Assembly: GCA_963758495.1 (NCBI GenBank)
Contig: CAVWVI010000001.1
Location: forward strand, 352,001 to 416,000
DNA from: Oligoflexia bacterium
Lineage (GTDB): Bacteria > Bdellovibrionota > UBA1018
Reading direction: 5' to 3'
Length of the DNA: 64,000 bases
This document shows positions 58,575-64,000 of this stretch, in pieces; position 1 is the first letter of the stretch, and each line of letters starts with the position of its first letter. The position numbers and the translations under genes were made by a program. A model generated the notes under the pieces. The model worked only from the letters and a program-made list of their open reading frames with translations, ran no database searches and was not told where the DNA came from.

Positions 58575-59924
58575 TTATAGAGTCTTAAAATACGAGACAA
58601 TCGTTTGCTTGAGAAGCGAAACGAGTTCATTCACTTGGGCTTCAGTAATCATCAACGCAGGTCCAAATACCACAAGATCTCCATGAGTCCCGTCCGCCTG
58701 TCCAAAATTAGGCCAGAGAATCAGTCCCCGCTCAAATGCATAGGTCGTGAAATTTTCTGCAATTTTCTGAGACCGATCGAATGGTTTTTTAGTTTTTTTA
58801 TCTTCTACAAACTCAACCCCTGCAAATAATCCTCGCCCTGTAATAAAACCTACATGAGCCAGATCATCCAGTTCACGATGGAGAAGAGAATGCATGAAAG
58901 CCCCCATTTTTTCACTATTCTCGATGGCTCGGTATTTTTCAAAATATTCAAGTACCGCTACTCCGGCGATCGCCATGGAAGGCGCTTGTAAATAAGTCTG
59001 AGCATGCATGAAGTACCCCGTGCCGGCCTTCATTTCCCTGAGGTGTGCATCTTTGACCATCACCGCACTTAATGCAACATAACCACTACTGATCCCTTTT
59101 CCGAGTAATAAAAGATCAGGTTTCAATCCATAATGATCACTGGCAAAAAATTTTCCAGTTCTTCCCGCACCACACATAATCTCATCTGCAATGATGAGAA
59201 TTCCGTACTTTCGACAAATTTCCTGAACTCGTTCAAAGTAACCGGGAGGAGGAAGACTTGCGCCTGCCGAAGACCCAATAATAGGCTCCACAATGAATGC
59301 AGCAATGGTATCGGGTCCTTCTTTGAGAATCGCTTCTTCGAGATAGCGGGCGTAATATTCACCTCCATGACCTAAATAGTCCGACACCTGGGAGCGATAC
59401 TCATAGGGTGCGGGAATGGTCACGACCTCATGCAAAAGAGGACCATAGTATTTTTTGTAATGGGGTCTTGCTGAAGCCGAAAGTGCATAGAGTGTATTTC
59501 CATGATAACTCGGTACGCGAGCAATCAGCTTGTGACGCTGGGGCTGTTTCCGCTCCATCCAAAGCTGTCTTGCAAACTTGACCGCTGACTCAACCGCTTC
59601 TGAACCCGAGCAGAGAAAAAAACTACGGTTCAACTCCGGATCAGGAGAAAGCAGCGCTAAACGCGCCGCTAAATTTTCCGCCGCGTCATTTGTAAACTGT
59701 GTTCCATTGACATAAGCAACTTTTGAAAGCTGTTGTGAAATTCTTTCTGCTACTTCACGGTTTCCATGTCCCGCACTGATGACCAGCGCGCCTCCGGCAG
59801 CATCCAAATAACGTTTTCCAGCTTTATCAAAAAGATAGATTCCCTCTCCATGGGAAATAACTGGGTAGTCCTTATTCAGATTTCTAAGTACAACGTGACC
59901 ATCGGGATATTTTACGTGTTCCAT
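58575..59924 (-). CDS. Class III (PLP) aminotransferase
   Basis: GEGIYL.D..G.RYLD, SGSEAVE, SYHG.T, DEIMCG.GRTG, LGKG; start likely ATG 59924. Confidence 0.93.
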   Translation of the reverse strand: MEHVKYPDGHVVLRNLNKDYPVISHGEGIYLFDKAGKRYLDAAGGALVISAGHGNREVAERISQQLSKVAYVNGTQFTNDAAENLAARLALLSPDPELNRSFFLCSGSEAVESAVKFARQLWMERKQPQRHKLIARVPSYHGNTLYALSASARPHYKKYYGPLLHEVVTIPAPYEYRSQVSDYLGHGGEYYARYLEEAILKEGPDTIAAFIVEPIIGSSAGASLPPPGYFERVQEICRKYGILIIADEIMCGAGRTGKFFASDHYGLKPDLLLLGKGISSGYVALSAVMVKDAHLREMKAGTGYFMHAQTYLQAPSMAIAGVAVLEYFEKYRAIENSEKMGAFMHSLLHRELDDLAHVGFITGRGLFAGVEFVEDKKTKKPFDRSQKIAENFTTYAFERGLILWPNFGQADGTHGDLVVFGPALMITEAQVNELVSLLKQTIVSYFKTL

Positions 59925-59948
59925 AAAGTTGTGATAACTATAATTCGT

Positions 59949-61184
59949 ATGAACTCTCTTGTCGACACCCGACCGCATTCCGTATTTCCTCAACGTATCT
60001 ATTTAGGCGCTGCCACACGCTCTCCTATTGGAAAATTTGGAGGAGCACTCAAACGATTCTCAGCAGCACAGCTTGCCACTCTTGTTCTGAAAGAAGCCCT
60101 CAGTCGCGCACCCGAAGCCGCTCTCCCTGATTGGGTTATTTTAGGGCATGCGCGTCAAGCAGGAGGAGGACCTAATACGGCGCGGCAGGCCACCTTTTTC
60201 TCAGGACTTCCTTCTTCAGTTCCTGCCATCACCCTCAACCAAGCCTGCGCTTCAGGAATGGCTGCTATTTTTTCAGGGGTTGAGAAAATTGCATTAGGTC
60301 GTGCCACTTCAGTGTGGGCAGGCGGTACTGAAAGCATGTCCAACACCCCTTACCTCCTCCCTCAATTTCGCTGGGGACATCGAATGGGACATACCAAAAT
60401 TCTGGATGGAATGGTTCAAGACGGGTTTCATTGCCCCATGGCTGACATGTTGATGGGGGAAACAGTCGAACGTTTTCTTGCCAAGGATTTACACATTTCC
60501 CGAGAACAACAAGACGCATTTGCTCTTGAGTCACAGCAAAAAGCACACAGGGCCTGGAAAAATGGAAATTTCCACGATGAAACCTTTGAAATATTCGAAG
60601 ATCCTCATCCTCCCACTTTAAAACCTATTTTAAGCCCTGTTTTACCTATTTTAAGTGAAGACGAACATCGCAGAGCGGATATCTCTTTAGCGAGTCTTTC
60701 AAAACTTCCACCCGTTTTTGACTCCCTCCATGGAACCGTGACCGCCGGAAACTCAAGTGGGATTACAGATGGTGCGGCATGGATTCATTTATCCTCTATC
60801 CAACAATCCCATGCGCTGGCTGAAGTTCTCGATTTTGAAACAGTAGCAATCGACCCCAAGCTCATGGGTCTCGGACCTGTTTCGGCAGTCCAAAAACTTT
60901 TAGGCCGTCATGGATTGCGAGTCCAAGACCTGGAAGCAGTTGAATTGAACGAAGCGTTCGCCGCACAAGTATTAGCTTGTCAAACGACATTAAAAATTCC
61001 CTCCGAAAAACTCAATCCCAACGGAGGTGCCATCGCATTAGGACACCCGATTGGAGCTACCGGAGCAAGAATTTTAGTGACGTTACTTCATTGCTTGAAA
61101 AATAAACCAGGTTCTCTCGGCATAGCTACTCTTTGTGTAAGTGGTGGACAGGGCGTTGCAATCCTTGTAAAAAGTCTTCACTAG
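59949..61184 (+). CDS. Acetyl-CoA C-acyltransferase (thiolase)
   Basis: NQACASG, NEAFAAQ, GGAIALGHPIGATG, LCVSGGQG. Confidence 0.95.
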   Translation: MNSLVDTRPHSVFPQRIYLGAATRSPIGKFGGALKRFSAAQLATLVLKEALSRAPEAALPDWVILGHARQAGGGPNTARQATFFSGLPSSVPAITLNQACASGMAAIFSGVEKIALGRATSVWAGGTESMSNTPYLLPQFRWGHRMGHTKILDGMVQDGFHCPMADMLMGETVERFLAKDLHISREQQDAFALESQQKAHRAWKNGNFHDETFEIFEDPHPPTLKPILSPVLPILSEDEHRRADISLASLSKLPPVFDSLHGTVTAGNSSGITDGAAWIHLSSIQQSHALAEVLDFETVAIDPKLMGLGPVSAVQKLLGRHGLRVQDLEAVELNEAFAAQVLACQTTLKIPSEKLNPNGGAIALGHPIGATGARILVTLLHCLKNKPGSLGIATLCVSGGQGVAILVKSLH

Positions 61185-61289
61185 CAGAGGACAACGATTC
61201 CATTGACAAAGTCCGCTGATTTCTAGAGATAAGAGCTATGAGCGCTTGTCTTGTTTTGATAAGCTTCAATTCAACTGAGGGGGGTACAA

Positions 61290-62858
61290 ATGAGTTTAAA
61301 ACCGAATTTCAGGATTACTTATTCAGTATTAAATGCAGATCTGACGGAACTACATGCACAATTCGAGAAAGCTTTGGAAACCGTCCGGAAAAATCTAGGG
61401 CAGGAGTACCCTTCATGGATCGGAGGTAAGGCTTTTACAAGCGGCAAATTTCTAGAAGATCGAAATCCGGCACGGGTGAGCGAACTTCTTGGCAAGTTTC
61501 ATTTAGCTTCTACCTCAGAGCTAAATCGTACTTTTGAAATTTCTAAATGCGCTCAAAAAAGCTGGGGATTTACCCCTTGGAAAGAACGCGCAACCCTCAT
61601 TCGCCGTGCGGCAGACCTCATTTCAGAACGTAGATTCGAACTTGCTGCCATTATGTGCTTAGAAACGGGAAAAAACCGATTAGAAAGTTTGGGTGATGTC
61701 GAGGAGTCAGCAGATTTATTTCGTTACTACGCAAGTCAACTAGAAGAGAGTGACGGTTTTCTCAAACCTCTCGGAAAGCTTTCTCCTCACGAAAACACCA
61801 GAAGCGTTTTACGACCCTATGGAGTGTTCGTAGTCATCTCGCCGTTTAACTTTCCCCTTGCATTAGCTGCTGGAATGTCAGGCGCGGCTCTTTTAGGTGG
61901 AAATTCTGTCGTGATTAAACCTAGCAGTGAAACTCCTTGGTGCACTCATAAACTCTACGAGTGCTTGCGAGACGCAGGACTTCCAGAAGGTGTTTTTCAA
62001 GTCCTTTATGGCTCTGGAGGAACATTGGGAGATGCTCTCATTCAACATCCACAGACAGCCGGACTTGCTTTTACGGGAAGTAAGGATGTGGGAATGCATT
62101 TGATGCGAAATCTTTCCAAAGACTATCCTAAACCTGCACTTCTTGAAATGGGCGGGAAAAATGCCGCAGTCATATGCGAAAGTGCTGACTTAGAGAATGC
62201 CGCAGAAGGATGCGTTCGTTCTGCATTTGGATTAACAGGCCAGAAATGCAGCGCACTTTCGAGAGTCTATGTTCATCGATCTGTGAAAGAAGTTTTTATG
62301 CGAAAACTGATCGAAAAAACTAAAATTCTAAAAATCGGAGACCCTTCGAATCAAGAGACCTTTGTCGGTCCGCTCATCAATGCCAAAGCTTGGACACGTC
62401 ATATGGAAGGTGTCCAAGACGCTCAGAAAACTGGAAAAATTTGGATAGGCGGAGAAAACATCAAGAATGGCGCACTTTCTGATGGGCATTTCGTTCAGCC
62501 CGTCATTGCCGAGCTCCCCCGTGGACATCGACTCTTTCAAGACGAGCTTTTTTCTCCTTTTCTTGCAGTGGATACTTTCGATTCTCTCGAAGAAGCCATT
62601 CAAGAGGCAAATCAATGTCAGTACGGACTCACTGCCGGAATATTCAGTCAATCCCAGCATGATGTTGATTACTTTATGAATCATATAGAAGCGGGTGTTC
62701 TTTATTCTAATCGCAAAACAGGAGCCACGACTGGCGCATGGCCAGGAGTTCAATCCTTTTGTGGCTGGAAAGGGAGCGGATCCACTGGAAAAGGAGGCTG
62801 TGGCCCCTACTACGTCTCGCAATTTATGCGTGAGCAATCTCAAACTCGAATGGAGTGA
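61290..62858 (+). CDS. Aldehyde dehydrogenase (P5C dehydrogenase-like)
   Basis: ISPFNFP, FTGS, LEMGGKN, GQKCSA, YGLTAG. Confidence 0.92.
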   Translation: MSLKPNFRITYSVLNADLTELHAQFEKALETVRKNLGQEYPSWIGGKAFTSGKFLEDRNPARVSELLGKFHLASTSELNRTFEISKCAQKSWGFTPWKERATLIRRAADLISERRFELAAIMCLETGKNRLESLGDVEESADLFRYYASQLEESDGFLKPLGKLSPHENTRSVLRPYGVFVVISPFNFPLALAAGMSGAALLGGNSVVIKPSSETPWCTHKLYECLRDAGLPEGVFQVLYGSGGTLGDALIQHPQTAGLAFTGSKDVGMHLMRNLSKDYPKPALLEMGGKNAAVICESADLENAAEGCVRSAFGLTGQKCSALSRVYVHRSVKEVFMRKLIEKTKILKIGDPSNQETFVGPLINAKAWTRHMEGVQDAQKTGKIWIGGENIKNGALSDGHFVQPVIAELPRGHRLFQDELFSPFLAVDTFDSLEEAIQEANQCQYGLTAGIFSQSQHDVDYFMNHIEAGVLYSNRKTGATTGAWPGVQSFCGWKGSGSTGKGGCGPYYVSQFMREQSQTRME

Positions 62859-62932
62859 AGTATTGGAGTGGGGTTCTACGTGTCAACACCACTGGATGAA
62901 AAACTAATAATTAAATAAGAATTGAGAAATTT

Positions 62933-64000
62933 ATGAAAACAGCTGAACTCAGACCTGAAATTAAAGTACGACCTCCTGGACCACGCGCTCAAAACATTAT
63001 AACCAGAGATAGTAAGTTCAGCTCTCCTTCTTACATCAAAGAATATCCTTTGGTAGTAGAGCGAGGTGAAGGCCCTTGGATTTATGATGTGGATGGCAAT
63101 CGCTTCTTGGACTTTATGGCCGGCATCGCCGTTGCATCAACGGGTCACGCTCATCCCAAAGTAGTCGAAGCGATTAAAAAAGCGAGCGATCAGTTTCTTC
63201 ATATCTGTAGCACGGATTTTTATTATGAAAGCTTTGCTGCGATTTGTGAAAAACTGGCTGGGTACGTCCCAGGCATGGGGCCTAAGAAAGTATTTCTCAC
63301 TAACTCAGGTACAGAAGCCGTCGAAGGCGCCATTAAACTGGTTCGTTATCATACTCGACGAAATCAGATTCTTGCATTCAAAGGTGCCTTTCACGGGAGG
63401 ACTTTGGGGGCCGTGTCCTTGACCTCCTCAAAAGTCAAACAACGTGCCCATTTTGGTCCATTGCTTCCGGGCATTACTCATGTCCCCTTTCCTAATCCTT
63501 ATCGTTGTCCTGAAAATAAAAAAGAGTGTGAGCAGCAGTGCGACTGTATTCCTGATTTTGAAAGTGATCTCTTCATCCGCCATGTTGACCCTAAAGAGCT
63601 TGCTGCGATTTTTGTTGAGCCTATTTTGGGTGAGGGCGGCTATGTCATGCCTCCAGCTCGTTTCTTGACCTATCTTCGCAAAGTCTGTGATGAGCATGAA
63701 ATCTTGCTTGTTTTCGATGAGATCCAGACCGGAGTGGGTCGTACAGGACAAATGTTTGCGGCGGATTATTTTGGAGTAGCTCCTGACATCCTTCTTTCAG
63801 CCAAAGGCCTCGCATCAGGAATGCCACTCGGAGCCATCATTGCAAAGGAAAGTGTCATGACTTGGCCACGAGGAACCCATGGGAGCACTTATGGTGGAAA
63901 CCCTCTGTGTTGTGCTGCGTCTTTAGCGACTCTTGAAATTATTGAAGGACTTCTTCCTCATGTTCGAGAAGGAGGCGAGTTTTTACTGACAGAACTGAGA
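62933..64000 (+). CDS. Class III aminotransferase (GabT/ornithine aminotransferase-like), cut by window edge
   Basis: Own translation: MKTAELRPEIKVRPPGPRA...YPLVVERGEG...DVDGNRFLDF.AGIAV..TGH...NSGTEAVE...FHGRT...DEIQTG.GRTG...AKGLASG. Confidence 0.92.
   Translation, partial: MKTAELRPEIKVRPPGPRAQNIITRDSKFSSPSYIKEYPLVVERGEGPWIYDVDGNRFLDFMAGIAVASTGHAHPKVVEAIKKASDQFLHICSTDFYYESFAAICEKLAGYVPGMGPKKVFLTNSGTEAVEGAIKLVRYHTRRNQILAFKGAFHGRTLGAVSLTSSKVKQRAHFGPLLPGITHVPFPNPYRCPENKKECEQQCDCIPDFESDLFIRHVDPKELAAIFVEPILGEGGYVMPPARFLTYLRKVCDEHEILLVFDEIQTGVGRTGQMFAADYFGVAPDILLSAKGLASGMPLGAIIAKESVMTWPRGTHGSTYGGNPLCCAASLATLEIIEGLLPHVREGGEFLLTELR

Noticed and set aside
1324..63827. Numerous 60-170 aa ORFs antisense or out of frame within long genes
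   Set aside because: Shadow ORFs with no motifs or RBS.
1..64000. Reverse transcriptase, template repeat, tRNA, rRNA, CRISPR array or prophage
   Set aside because: None seen by eye; no AAC-rich copy of the VR-like segment and no RT motifs in the translated ORFs.

Overview
Bacterial chromosomal window; gene content suggests a Bdellovibrionota/Oligoflexia-like organism (inference). Housekeeping and stress loci: a lexA-imuA-imuB-dnaE2 mutagenesis cassette with a divergent SRAP gene, ahpC-ahpF-dipZ with a candidate OxyR site, oxyR, preT-preA, ahcY with an SAH riboswitch, and class III aminotransferases, a thiolase and an aldehyde dehydrogenase. Between these lie several sensor kinases (including a 2023-aa Ser/Thr kinase-AAA-GAF-Hpt-CheA-like hybrid) and much decayed accessory DNA. 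The most notable signals are: (1) a broken C-type-lectin-like gene whose 3' end looks like a DGR variable repeat (35 of 36 codons end in a pyrimidine), with no reverse transcriptase in the window; (2) next to it, a 202-bp inverted repeat pair that borders two truncated genes and contains twin hairpins with the same apex; (3) a ~13-kb block bounded by 62-bp direct repeats, which separates ahpCF-dipZ from oxyR and carries a ricin-lectin/MACPF-like toxin plus metalloprotease pair and a FabH/ATP-grasp/F390-like biosynthetic cluster with Lol-like export genes; (4) a ~150-165-nt structured RNA candidate between an HNH remnant and ahcY; (5) frequent short tandem duplications, mostly of 12 bp. No rRNA, tRNA, CRISPR array, integrase or intact transposase was seen.
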